Origin: Clostridia bacterium
GTDB lineage: Bacteria; Bacillota; Clostridia; Christensenellales; CAG-138
Direction: 5' to 3'
Assembly: GCA_036677445.1 (NCBI GenBank)
Contig: JAVBWI010000006.1
Location: 15,462-79,461, forward strand
DNA length: 64,000 nt
The position numbers and the translations under genes are program-made. The notes below the pieces were generated by a model, which ran no database searches, was not told where the DNA came from, and worked only from the letters and a program-made list of their open reading frames with translations. Below are positions 34,709 through 44,155 of the stretch, piece by piece. Every line of letters begins with the position of its first letter. The stretch's first letter is position 1.

Positions 34709-35524
34709 ATGATCAAACTCAGCGACCAGGAATTTGCGACGCTGACGGAATATCTTCGCCGTGGGTATGGTATTAACCTGAGCAAAAAGCGCACGCTCAT
34801 CGAAGGCCGTATGAACCATTATTTGATCAAGCATGGCTTCAACGATTATTCGACCTATTTTAAGGTTCTTTTCAACGATCCCTCCGGCTCGGAAATGAGC
34901 AACGTGATCAATGTGCTCACTACGAATTATTCGTATTTCATGCGTGAATGGGCGCATTTTGAGTATTACCGGAATACTCTTTTGCCGCAGATCAAGGCAG
35001 CTGCGACGGATCATGACATTAGGGTTTGGAGCGCAGGCTGCTCTACAGGGGAGGAGCCATATACGCTTGCCATGCTCAATAACGAATTTTTCGGTCACGA
35101 GAGCAGGCTTTGGGATAAACGGATACTTGCAACGGATATCTCGGAGAAGGTGCTCAATTCAGCGCAATCGGGGATATATGCCAGCGAGGCATTGGAAAAC
35201 GTACCCAAAGTATGGCAGATGCAGTATTTTGATCGCCTGGATGATGGAAATATGCAAGTGAAGCAGTCCTTGAAAAACGAGGTGATCTTCAGAAGATTTA
35301 ATCTTATGGAGAAGGTGTTTCCGTTTAAAAAGAAGTTCCATGTAATATTTTGCCGCAATGTCATGATCTATTTCGACAGCAAAACGAAGAACGAGCTTGT
35401 GAATAGATTCTACGAGTCGTTGGAGAAAGGCGGCTATCTGTTGGTAGGACATTCCGAATCGGTAGATCGGGCAACTACAAAATTTTCGTATGTCATGCCG
35501 TCAGTTTATAAAAAAGGTCAGTGA
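34709..35524 (+). CDS. cheR: Chemotaxis protein methyltransferase CheR
   Basis: SDQEFATLTEYL, VWSAGCSTGEEPYTLAM and IFCRNVMIYFD are CheR motifs. An alternative GTG start is at 34682. Confidence 0.9.
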   Translation: MIKLSDQEFATLTEYLRRGYGINLSKKRTLIEGRMNHYLIKHGFNDYSTYFKVLFNDPSGSEMSNVINVLTTNYSYFMREWAHFEYYRNTLLPQIKAAATDHDIRVWSAGCSTGEEPYTLAMLNNEFFGHESRLWDKRILATDISEKVLNSAQSGIYASEALENVPKVWQMQYFDRLDDGNMQVKQSLKNEVIFRRFNLMEKVFPFKKKFHVIFCRNVMIYFDSKTKNELVNRFYESLEKGGYLLVGHSESVDRATTKFSYVMPSVYKKGQ

Positions 35525-35530
35525 AAAGAG

Positions 35531-36580
35531 ATGGTAACAAAGAAAACAAGAGTTTTGATCGTAGACGATTCTCTGTTCATGCGCCAGTTCATCAGCAACG
35601 CCGTATCAATGGATCCGGGTATCGAGGTGGTGGGTACGGCAGGCGATCCGTACGATGCGCGTGATAAAATACTGGAACTCAACCCGGACGTGATGACGCT
35701 CGATGTTGAAATGCCCAAGATGAACGGCATCGAATTCCTGAAAAAGCTGATGCCGCAATATCCGCTTCCGGTTCTGGTGGTAAGCTCGGCAGCCAATATC
35801 GTATTCGACGCTATGCAGGCGGGCGCGGTGGATTTTGTGAACAAGCCTTCAACGATGAATGAGAATGAACGAAATACGTTTATCTCCGAGCTGATTATTA
35901 AGATCAAGATCGCATCCATTGCAAAGGTAGGGCGGCACAAACACAGTGCGCATCGGAGCGAGACGACGAAAAGCGCCGATGCAGGCAATGCCGAACGTTT
36001 GATCGCGGCGATCGGCGCTTCAACAGGGGGTACGGAAGCGACGGCGGATATACTGATGAATCTGAAAAACTGTACGCTTGGAATCGTTGTGGTGCAGCAT
36101 ATGCCGCCCGTATTTACAAGGCTGTATGCAGAGAGGCTGAATAACTCCTGTATGATGGAGGTGAAAGAAGCGGTCGATGGCGACGCCGTAACGCCCGGAA
36201 GAGTACTGATCGCACCGGGCGACTATCATATGCAGGTCGAAAAGTACGGCTCGGGATACCGCGTCAAATGTTTCAAGGGCGAAAAGGTGAGCGGACATTG
36301 TCCTTCCGTCGATGTTCTGTTTGAATCCGTAGCAAAGGCTGCGGGCGCAAATGCGATGGGCATCATACTCACGGGCATGGGCAGCGACGGTGCAAACGGC
36401 CTTTTAAGCATGCGCAAGAAGGGAGCCGCAACAATAGGCCAAAACAAGGAGACCTGTGTGGTGTATGGCATGCCGATGGTTGCAAACAAAATCGGAGCTG
36501 TGCAAATCGAAACGCCGTTGACGGAAATACCCGCTCGGATGTGCCAGTGGTACAACGAAAAGCTCAATCAAAATCGATGA
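35531..36580 (+). CDS. cheB: Chemotaxis response regulator protein-glutamate methylesterase CheB
   Basis: REC domain (RVLIVDDSLFMR, DVEMPKMNG) plus esterase motifs IGASTGG, HMP and GMGSDG. Confidence 0.95.
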   Translation: MVTKKTRVLIVDDSLFMRQFISNAVSMDPGIEVVGTAGDPYDARDKILELNPDVMTLDVEMPKMNGIEFLKKLMPQYPLPVLVVSSAANIVFDAMQAGAVDFVNKPSTMNENERNTFISELIIKIKIASIAKVGRHKHSAHRSETTKSADAGNAERLIAAIGASTGGTEATADILMNLKNCTLGIVVVQHMPPVFTRLYAERLNNSCMMEVKEAVDGDAVTPGRVLIAPGDYHMQVEKYGSGYRVKCFKGEKVSGHCPSVDVLFESVAKAAGANAMGIILTGMGSDGANGLLSMRKKGAATIGQNKETCVVYGMPMVANKIGAVQIETPLTEIPARMCQWYNEKLNQNR

Positions 36581-36709
36581 GCACACGCCTGTAGTGCCTG
36601 CTGTATGGGTCGTATATACAAAAGCAAACATTTCCCGCATGTTTTCTGCGTATTTCCGGGTATATAGCAATCATACCCCGCGGTTACACGCGAAACAGCG
36701 AATAAAATG

Positions 36710-36739
36710 TTGAATATACGATTTTAAGTATGATATACT
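36710..36739 (+). promoter_or_regulatory. Sigma-A-type promoter for the SLT-flgB... operon
   Basis: TTGAAT-18 nt-TATACT, about 27 nt upstream of the ATG at 36766. Confidence 0.5.
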
Positions 36740-36765
36740 CGATTTGTATAAGAAGGATAAGTTGC

Positions 36766-37335
36766 ATGGATACGGTTACGGGTATATATTTAACCAAACT
36801 GAATGAAGTACAGTCTGTATTGGACGGATGCGCTTCCAGAGCGGGATTGGCTGCGCCGCAATTCTCCGCACTGCTGTCCGGTGCGGTAGCTTCGCAAGGC
36901 GGTGTAGACGAAGTAAGCCGGGATGGCACCTTTGATACCATCATCGACCAGGCCGCTGCCGATCACGGGTTGGACGCAAACCTTATAAAAGCGGTCATTC
37001 AGGTGGAGTCCAGTTTTCGACCGGATGCGGTCTCCGGCGCGGGTGCAGAAGGACTGATGCAGTTGATGCCCTCGACGGCGGCGTCGCTGGGTGTAAAAAA
37101 TTCCTTCGATCCGGTACAGAACATCGGCGGCGGCACGGAGTATCTCTCTAAATTGCTGGATCGTTTCGGCGACCTGCGGCTGGCGCTTGCCGCATACAAT
37201 ACAGGCCCAAGCCGTGTAGCGGGGTTAAACATTGCTGATCCGGATAATGCATCGGATTATGCAAAATTGAGTGAGCGTGTGCGCGGCTATGTTTCAAAAG
37301 TACTGTCCTGTTACGAAACGTACAGTGTGCTTTAA
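36766..37335 (+). CDS. Lytic transglycosylase (SLT domain) leading the rod operon
   Basis: IQVESSFRPDAVSGAGAEGLMQLMPSTA and AYNTGP are goose-lysozyme-like SLT motifs. Confidence 0.85.
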   Translation: MDTVTGIYLTKLNEVQSVLDGCASRAGLAAPQFSALLSGAVASQGGVDEVSRDGTFDTIIDQAAADHGLDANLIKAVIQVESSFRPDAVSGAGAEGLMQLMPSTAASLGVKNSFDPVQNIGGGTEYLSKLLDRFGDLRLALAAYNTGPSRVAGLNIADPDNASDYAKLSERVRGYVSKVLSCYETYSVL

Positions 37336-37353
37336 CTCGAGGAGGCATGGAAT

Positions 37354-37764
37354 ATGTTGGATAAGGTATTTCGCAGCACGGATCTGCTCCAAAAGGGCCT
37401 TGATGCGGCATGGCTCCGCAATGAGGTGATTTCAAACAATATTGCCAATGCGGAGACGCCTAACTTTAAGAGTTCCAACGTGGAGTTTGAGACCGTTTTT
37501 CAATCGGCGCTGGAAAACAGCGGAACGGCTTTCGAAACCAAGCGAACCAGGGACAAGCATATCTCCTTTGACGGGGATTTAGACGATGTTTCCGCGATTG
37601 TAACAAAGAGCGGAAACACATCCATGCGTATGGATGGAAACAATGTGGATATTGAAGCTGAAAACGTCGGACTTGCGCGAAACACCATCTATTATTACAC
37701 GCTTACGGAAAAAATCAACAGCGAATTTGCACGCCTGAGCATGGCGATCAACGAAGGGAAGTGA
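37354..37764 (+). CDS. flgB: Flagellar basal-body rod protein FlgB
   Basis: VISNNIANAETPNFK is present. Length is 136 aa and GAGGAGG lies upstream. Confidence 0.9.
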   Translation: MLDKVFRSTDLLQKGLDAAWLRNEVISNNIANAETPNFKSSNVEFETVFQSALENSGTAFETKRTRDKHISFDGDLDDVSAIVTKSGNTSMRMDGNNVDIEAENVGLARNTIYYYTLTEKINSEFARLSMAINEGK

Positions 37765-37769
37765 GTAAA

Positions 37770-38204
37770 ATGCCTTTTTTAAGCTCCCTTGATATCAGCG
37801 GTTCCGCCCTTACGGCGCAGAGGCTGCGCATGGATGTCATCAGTCAGAATATTGCCAACGCAACAACCACCCGCACAGCGGGCGGGGAGCCGTACAGACG
37901 CAGGGTTGCCGTTTTTAGCGAACGGCGCGGCGCAACATTTTCCTCCTATTTCGATCATGCAAAAGCAACTGCGGGCAGCGGGGTGATTGTGTCCTCCATC
38001 GCGACGGATATGTCGGATTTCAAGAGTGAATATAATCCCGATCATCCCGATGCGGATGAAAATGGATATGTACAATACCCGAATGTGGATGAGGTAACGG
38101 AACTGGTGGATATGATGGCGGCGACGCGGGCCTATGAAGCGAACGTTACGGCGCTCAACGCCACAAAAAGCATGGCGCTTAAAGCGCTGGAGATAGGCCA
38201 GTGA
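37770..38204 (+). CDS. flgC: Flagellar basal-body rod protein FlgC
   Basis: LDISGSALTAQRLRMDVISQNIANATTTR, then YPNVD..E...MMAATRAYEANV. Confidence 0.9.
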   Translation: MPFLSSLDISGSALTAQRLRMDVISQNIANATTTRTAGGEPYRRRVAVFSERRGATFSSYFDHAKATAGSGVIVSSIATDMSDFKSEYNPDHPDADENGYVQYPNVDEVTELVDMMAATRAYEANVTALNATKSMALKALEIGQ

Positions 38205-38237
38205 ATTTGGTTTAAAGGATAATAAGGGGTGGACATT

Positions 38238-38531
38238 ATGCAGATACAGTCCGTATCCAATGTTGCGTCGATGCTGGGTACAGCATCGGCTGCCGAAAAA
38301 AAAACAAGCGGCGCAAGCTTCACCGATATCTTAAACAACGCCTTGCAGGATGCGCGGGAGACGGAAGCCGCCAATGACGTAAATACGCTTGCGTTGTTGG
38401 CGGGCGAGAGTACCGACATCCATACCGCGACAACGGAAGCGAAGAGGGCGGAGTTGGCGCTGAATTTGGCCATTCAGATCAGGAACAAGGTCATCGACGC
38501 CTACAACGAAGTGATGAGGATGCAGGTGTAA
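38238..38531 (+). CDS. fliE: Flagellar hook-basal body complex protein FliE
   Basis: About 97 aa, positioned after flgC. The C-terminus is AELALNLAIQIRNKVIDAYNEVMRMQV. Confidence 0.8.
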   Translation: MQIQSVSNVASMLGTASAAEKKTSGASFTDILNNALQDARETEAANDVNTLALLAGESTDIHTATTEAKRAELALNLAIQIRNKVIDAYNEVMRMQV

Positions 38532-38612
38532 AACAGGTGCCGCAAGGAGGATTTCCTCTTCTGTGGCATTTTGTTATGCACATGGATACATGCAGCAGCG
38601 GGGAGTTTGCTT

Positions 38613-38978
38613 ATGCTTGAGGATTCAACCGGTTCTACGGTCGTACTTATGTTCGTACTCCTGCTTGTGATTGCCGCCGCTTATTTCACAACGAAATTTT
38701 TGTCTGTGAAGGGCGGCAATCTCATGAAAGGGAAATACATGCAGGTGAAGGACCGCCTGATTTTGAGCCGTGACAAGCAAATAATTCTTTGCCAGGCAGG
38801 GAACCGCTTTTTTTTACTTGGGGTAACCAATCAGTCGGTTCAGCTCATAGGTACGGTTGAAAACGATGAACTGGTTCCGATTTCGCAGGATTCCCCGCAT
38901 GCGGCGTTCCCCTCGTTCAAGGATCTGCTTGCAAAGCTAAGCAAAAACGATGGTTCGAATGAAGATGAACCGCAGTAA
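38613..38978 (+). CDS. fliO: Flagellar biosynthesis protein FliO/FliZ
   Basis: A single TM helix (VVLMFVLLLVIAAAYFTTKFL) is followed by MQVKDRLILSRDKQIILCQAGNRFFLLGVT. It lies immediately upstream of fliP. Confidence 0.65.
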   Translation: MLEDSTGSTVVLMFVLLLVIAAAYFTTKFLSVKGGNLMKGKYMQVKDRLILSRDKQIILCQAGNRFFLLGVTNQSVQLIGTVENDELVPISQDSPHAAFPSFKDLLAKLSKNDGSNEDEPQ

Positions 38979-39062
38979 CGGCGACTATCCTCTTGCGGAC
39001 GGTGTTTTGAGCAATCAGCGCGCAGATCTGCTTAGCAGGAAGAAGAAGGATGAGTATATGCA

Positions 39063-39899
39063 ATGATGGCTCCGGTAAAAGACAGTATATTTGAAAAGCC
39101 GGCATTGTTGAGCAAACGGACAAAAGAAAAAAAACGCCAAAGTATCAGCAAGGCCAAAAGGATTGGCCTGGTTGTATTGATTGTTATGGTGGTTGTTTTG
39201 GCGTGCGGCTGTTCGGCTCTTTCAGAGGATACTTCCTCCGAAAACGGGCCTTTTGGCGGTCTGCTGGGTGATCGTTCCGAAACGATCGACATACTGCTGC
39301 TGCTTACGGTTCTGACCTTGCTGCCGTCGATATTAATCATGCTGACCGGCTTTACAAGGATCATTATCGTACTTTCGCTGGTGAGGAACGGGCTGGGCCT
39401 GCAGCAGATGCCGCCGAATCAGGTGCTCATTGGTCTTGCTTTGTTTCTTACGCTGTTTGTGATGTCGCCGGTGGTGAAAACGATTGAAACGACGGCATAT
39501 CAGCCCTATGTGGATGAGCTTATTACGCAGGATGAGGCGGTAGAACGTGCCATGAAACCGCTTCGGGAGTTCATGTTTAAGCAGACATATAAGTCCGATT
39601 TAAAATTCTTTATGACCGCGGCGGGCGGCGAGCAAACGGTGGATTCTCTTGAAAGCATTCCCAACACGACGCTTATTCCGGCATTTATTACAAGCGAAAT
39701 AAAACATGGCTTTGAAATAGGCTTTTTCATATATATCCCTTTCATTGTGATCGATATGGTGGTGGCAAGCACGCTGATGGCAATGGGTATGATGATGCTG
39801 CCGCCTGTCGTGATTTCGCTTCCCTTTAAGCTGCTGCTTTTTGTAGTAGTGGATGGGTGGACGCTTACGGTGCAATCGCTATTAACCAGTTTTGGGTAA
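39063..39899 (+). CDS. fliP: Flagellar export gate protein FliP
   Basis: LLPSILIMLTGFTRIIIVLSLVRNGLGLQQMPPNQVLIGLALFLTLFVMSPV. Confidence 0.95.
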   Translation: MMAPVKDSIFEKPALLSKRTKEKKRQSISKAKRIGLVVLIVMVVVLACGCSALSEDTSSENGPFGGLLGDRSETIDILLLLTVLTLLPSILIMLTGFTRIIIVLSLVRNGLGLQQMPPNQVLIGLALFLTLFVMSPVVKTIETTAYQPYVDELITQDEAVERAMKPLREFMFKQTYKSDLKFFMTAAGGEQTVDSLESIPNTTLIPAFITSEIKHGFEIGFFIYIPFIVIDMVVASTLMAMGMMMLPPVVISLPFKLLLFVVVDGWTLTVQSLLTSFG

Positions 39900-39963
39900 A
39901 TAGGCGGAGGTTGGCTTATGGCACGTAATGCGCGAAAAATGAGATGGGGAGGAGTGATGAAGG

Positions 39964-40233
39964 ATGGAACAGTCAGAGATCATCAAGGTGATTCAGGATG
40001 CGGTGATTACGATTATGCTTGTATCCGCGCCTCCGTTGCTCATGGGTATGATCGTGGGTATCATTGTTTCAATATTCCAGGCCACCACGCAGATCAATGA
40101 ACAGACGCTTGCGTTTGTTCCTAAAATCATCGCAATATTCCTTGCACTTTTGGTTTTCGGCGGCTGGATGCTGACGAACCTTTCCGATTTCAGCTATCGG
40201 ATGTTCGGATACATCGGCACCATGATCCAATAA
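39964..40233 (+). CDS. fliQ: Flagellar export gate protein FliQ
   Basis: 89 aa with two TM helices. The sequence SAPPLLMGMIVGIIVSIFQATTQINEQTLAFVPKI is present. Confidence 0.9.
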   Translation: MEQSEIIKVIQDAVITIMLVSAPPLLMGMIVGIIVSIFQATTQINEQTLAFVPKIIAIFLALLVFGGWMLTNLSDFSYRMFGYIGTMIQ

Positions 40234-40236
40234 GTC

Positions 40237-41028
40237 ATGGAGAAAATCGTTAACGACGTACTCGTCAATCTCGAGTATTTCGTGCTGATATTCATGCGGA
40301 TAACGGCGCTGATATTCTCATCGCCCATATTTGGACGAAAGAACCTCCCGAACTCGCTGAAGATATGTCTGTGCCTGGCGCTCACCTATGTGATATTCAC
40401 CGCGTATCCGAACGTACCGGCGATCAGCTACAACAGCGTTCTGGAGTACGCGCTTTTGTGCATTAAGGAACTGCTTTTCGGGCTGGTGCTCGGCTATGTG
40501 ACGACACTGTTCTTTTCCGTCGTGCAGGTTGCAGGGCATGTAATCGATATGCAGATGGGCTTCGGCATGGTGAACATCTTTGATGTGCAGAACAATGTAA
40601 GCGTACCTGTAACGGGCAATTTCCTGTATGCCGTTACGATGCTCTCCTTCTTTGCGGTGGACGGGCATCAGCAGTTAATATATATTATGAATAGTACTTT
40701 CTCATATGTGCCTGTTGGCACGGTGACGCTCAACCCCGCTATTGGAATATCCGCGCTGGAGGTTTTTGTTCTTTCCTTTACGATGGCGCTCAATGTGGCG
40801 ATGCCAATTGTGGCGTCAGGGCTGATGGGTGAAGTGCTCATGGGCGTGATCGTCCGTACAACGCCGCAAATGAACGTGTTTGTTGTGGGCATCCCGCTCA
40901 AAATCATTCTTGGTCTCTTGGCGCTGTTTATTATATTGCCGGTTTACGTCTCCTACACCAATACTTTGTTCCGCGAAATGTTTACCTCTATCGACTATAT
41001 GCTGCGCGGGCTGGTGGGTGCGGCATGA
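40237..41028 (+). CDS. fliR: Flagellar export gate protein FliR
   Basis: A 263-aa polytopic protein located between fliQ and flhB. The sequence FVLIFMRITALIFSSPIFG is present. Confidence 0.9.
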   Translation: MEKIVNDVLVNLEYFVLIFMRITALIFSSPIFGRKNLPNSLKICLCLALTYVIFTAYPNVPAISYNSVLEYALLCIKELLFGLVLGYVTTLFFSVVQVAGHVIDMQMGFGMVNIFDVQNNVSVPVTGNFLYAVTMLSFFAVDGHQQLIYIMNSTFSYVPVGTVTLNPAIGISALEVFVLSFTMALNVAMPIVASGLMGEVLMGVIVRTTPQMNVFVVGIPLKIILGLLALFIILPVYVSYTNTLFREMFTSIDYMLRGLVGAA

Positions 41029-42113
41029 GCGCACAGCAGGGCAGCGGCGAAAGAACGGAAAAAGCAACCCCTAAAAAGCGACGCGAGGCGCGTGAGAAGG
41101 GTCAAGTATTCAAAAGTACGGATCTCGTTACGGCATTTTCGCTGCTTGTGATGTTTGGGCTTCTGGCCATTGCAGGTGAATCGCTGATAGACGGGCTGCA
41201 GAAACTGCTCACAAACTATTTCAATGTGGGTGATGCGCTGCCGGAGGTGATGGACGGCGCCGCGGCGCAAGTTATACTGCATAATGCGTATATCCGGTTT
41301 ATATTCATCATGCTGCCCGTATTGGGGGCGGCGTTGGCAGCAGGGCTGGTGTTCAATTTGCTGCAGGTAGGGTTTCTGTTTTCTTCGAAAGCGATGCAGC
41401 CCAAGATGTCCCGAATCAGCATGGTGGAGGGCTTCAAACGGATTTTTTCGAAGAAAACGCTGATAGACCTTATTAAATCGTTGATCCGGCTGGCGGTGCT
41501 TATAAAGGTCGCATATGACGAGTTTTCCAGCCAGCTGCAAAATATTCCGACATTAATGCAAGGAGAACTGGTTTCCTCTGCGAAAGCAAGCTGGAATATT
41601 ATACTCGCCATCGCTTTTAAGCTTGCGATCGCACTTGCCATACTTGCTCCCTTTGATTATTTGTTCCAGTGGTGGCAGTATGAAAAAGACCTGAGGATGA
41701 CCAAGCAGGAAGTAAAGGATGAGTACAAGCTTACCGAAGGCGACCCCCAGATCAAGGGAAGGATTCGCCAGAAGCAGCGGCAAATGAGCAGCATGCGCAT
41801 GATGCAGGCCGTGGCGGATGCGGATGTGATCATCACCAACCCAACGCAGTTCGCCGTTGCACTATCCTATAAAGAAGGCGTAAACAACGCGCCTGTAATC
41901 GTTGCAAAAGGGCAGGATTATCTTGCTAAAAAGATTCGTGAAAAGGCTGCGGAGCTGAAAGTGGAGATTGTGGAGAACAAGGCGCTTGCAAGACATTTAT
42001 ACTTTTTTTGTGAAATAGGGGACGAGGTGCCTGAAGAGCTTTATCAGGCGGTCGCAGAGATTTTGGCGTATGTATATCGCTTGAAGCATCCGCAAGGGGA
42101 GGTGAAACGATGA
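41025..42113 (+). CDS. flhB: Flagellar export switch protein FlhB
   Basis: N-terminal EKATPKKRREAREKGQV, four TM helices, and the autocleavage region VIITNPTQFAVAL (NPTQ at 41838-41849). Confidence 0.95.
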   Translation: MSAQQGSGERTEKATPKKRREAREKGQVFKSTDLVTAFSLLVMFGLLAIAGESLIDGLQKLLTNYFNVGDALPEVMDGAAAQVILHNAYIRFIFIMLPVLGAALAAGLVFNLLQVGFLFSSKAMQPKMSRISMVEGFKRIFSKKTLIDLIKSLIRLAVLIKVAYDEFSSQLQNIPTLMQGELVSSAKASWNIILAIAFKLAIALAILAPFDYLFQWWQYEKDLRMTKQEVKDEYKLTEGDPQIKGRIRQKQRQMSSMRMMQAVADADVIITNPTQFAVALSYKEGVNNAPVIVAKGQDYLAKKIREKAAELKVEIVENKALARHLYFFCEIGDEVPEELYQAVAEILAYVYRLKHPQGEVKR

Positions 42114-44152
42114 AATTGACGGATATACTGATTGCTGTACTGGTGCTTGCGATCATATTTCTCATCATCGTTCCGCTTTCGCCGGGCTTGCTGGACGTTC
42201 TTTTGATCGTGAACATATCGCTCTCGCTGCTGATATTGCTGATTTCGCTGTATGTGAAGGAAACGCTGGAGTTTTCCACGTTTCCCACCATGCTTTTGCT
42301 GCTGACGCTGTTCCGGCTGTCGCTCAATATTTCGTCTACCCGCCTGATACTGGGAAACAGCGGGGATGCCGGCTCCGTAATAGAAACCTTCGGCAATTTT
42401 GTCGTAGGCAGCAACCTTGTTGTCGGCTTTGTAATATTCCTGATCATCGTCATTATACAGTTCATCGTCATCACAAAGGGTTCCGAACGCGTGGCGGAGG
42501 TTGCCGCAAGGTTTACGCTCGACGCCATGCCGGGCAAACAGATGGCGATCGACGCGGATCTTAATACCGGTGTAATTAACGAAGCAGAAGCAAAAAAACG
42601 AAGGGAAATCATTCAGCGCGAGGCGGATTTTTATGGGTCGATGGACGGCGCATCCAAGTTCGTAAAGGGCGACGCAATCGTCGGTATCATCATCACGGTG
42701 ATCAACCTGGTTGGCGGCATTATCATAGGCGCGCTTGGCGTCGGCGGCAAGGTTATGCCTATGGATCAGGTGATCGAGGTGTATGCGCTTGCTACGGTGG
42801 GAGACGGCCTTGTCAGCCAGATACCTGCGCTTTTGGTTTCGACTTCCGCAGGTATTATCGTGACGCGTTCTGCGAGCGATAACAGCTTTGGCGCGGATCT
42901 GACCGGCCAGCTGTTTGCCAAACCCCAGGTACTGTTTATTATGGGCGGCATGCTTGCGCTGATCAGCCTGATCCCCGGCTTGCCAACTGTGCCGATTCTT
43001 ATTCTGGCGGCGGGCTTGCCGCTAGCGGCATATTTCTCAATGAGCGCACGCAAAAAGCAGGCGGCGCAGCAGGCTGACGATACCGCCGAACTGGCTGCAC
43101 AGGAGAAGCGCAAGCCGGAAAGCGTCACTTCGCTTTTGCAGGTCTATCCCATCGAGATGGAATTTGGATACGGCATTATATCGCTGGTGGACGCTTCCCA
43201 GGGCGGAGATCTTCTGGACCGTATCGTAATGATACGCCGTCAGTGCGCGATGGAGCTTGGTATCATCGTACCTGTCGTACGCGTACGGGACAACATTCAA
43301 TTGGGCACCAATGCGTATTCCATTAAGATCAAAGGGTTGGAGGTTGCAGGCGGAGAAGTCATGCCGGACCATTTCATGGCGCTGCGTCCTGCCGGCCTGG
43401 AAGCGAAAATTGACGGCATTGATACCGTGGATCCCGCGTTCGGGCTGCCTGCCGTATGGATAACAGAGAGCGATCGCGAACGGGCGGAGCTCAAGGGGTT
43501 TACAACCATTGATTCGCCCTCGGTCATAGCGACACATTTGATGGAGGTCATCAAGCATCATGCGCACGAGCTGATGGGGCGGCAGCAGGTGCAGGTGCTT
43601 ATCGACAATATCAAAACGCAGCAGCCGGCGTTGGTGGATGAGGTGGTTCCCAAGCTGTTTTCTATCGGCGAGCTGCAAAAAGTACTGGCCAATCTCCTGA
43701 AAGAGGGTATCTCCATACGCGATATGGCATCCATCTTGGAAATATTGGGGGATTACGGCACGCTGACGAGAGACTTGGAGATTTTGACGGAGTATGTCAG
43801 GCAGAACCTGAAGAGGGCAATTACCCAGCGTTACATTCCAAACAATAAGGCAAGGGTCATTACGCTGGACCCTGCGCTGGAGCAGCTGATTGCAAACAAT
43901 ATCCGGCAGACCGAGAAAGGCTCCTACGCCGCCATTGAGCCTGTACAAATCCAGAAGATTTTGGTCAATACAAAAAAAGCGGTGGAAGAATCCATTGGCT
44001 CGGGCGGGTCGCCTATTATACTGACAGCGCCCGCCGTGCGCAGGTATTTCAAGCAGATTACCGAGCAGTTGAATCCCGATTTGGTGGTGCTTTCGTATAA
44101 CGAATTGGAGCGGGATGTCGAAGTCTACTCAGATGGGGTGGTGAGCGTATAA
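42110..44152 (+). CDS. flhA: Flagellar export gate protein FlhA
   Basis: IVIIQFIVITKGSERVAEVAARFTLDAMPGKQMAIDADL is the FHIPEP signature. Length is 680 aa. Confidence 0.97.
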   Translation: MKLTDILIAVLVLAIIFLIIVPLSPGLLDVLLIVNISLSLLILLISLYVKETLEFSTFPTMLLLLTLFRLSLNISSTRLILGNSGDAGSVIETFGNFVVGSNLVVGFVIFLIIVIIQFIVITKGSERVAEVAARFTLDAMPGKQMAIDADLNTGVINEAEAKKRREIIQREADFYGSMDGASKFVKGDAIVGIIITVINLVGGIIIGALGVGGKVMPMDQVIEVYALATVGDGLVSQIPALLVSTSAGIIVTRSASDNSFGADLTGQLFAKPQVLFIMGGMLALISLIPGLPTVPILILAAGLPLAAYFSMSARKKQAAQQADDTAELAAQEKRKPESVTSLLQVYPIEMEFGYGIISLVDASQGGDLLDRIVMIRRQCAMELGIIVPVVRVRDNIQLGTNAYSIKIKGLEVAGGEVMPDHFMALRPAGLEAKIDGIDTVDPAFGLPAVWITESDRERAELKGFTTIDSPSVIATHLMEVIKHHAHELMGRQQVQVLIDNIKTQQPALVDEVVPKLFSIGELQKVLANLLKEGISIRDMASILEILGDYGTLTRDLEILTEYVRQNLKRAITQRYIPNNKARVITLDPALEQLIANNIRQTEKGSYAAIEPVQIQKILVNTKKAVEESIGSGGSPIILTAPAVRRYFKQITEQLNPDLVVLSYNELERDVEVYSDGVVSV

Positions 44153-44155
44153 GCC

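Noticed and set aside
36581-36765. Possible c-di-GMP riboswitch upstream of the rod operon, as upstream of flgB in C. difficile
   Set aside because: No GEMM-I or GEMM-II signature (such as ACGCAAAGC or GGCAAACC tetraloop-receptor motifs) and no convincing terminator hairpin are present. The promoter sits only about 27 nt from the first ATG.
38571-38612. TTG start at 38571 for fliO given by the ORF track
   Set aside because: No SD lies at proper spacing. ATG 38613 is preceded by GGGGAG at 7 nt and gives a standard FliO N-terminus with its TM helix.
43037-43948. 303-aa ORF antisense to flhA
   Set aside because: flhA is certain (FHIPEP signature), so this is a shadow ORF.
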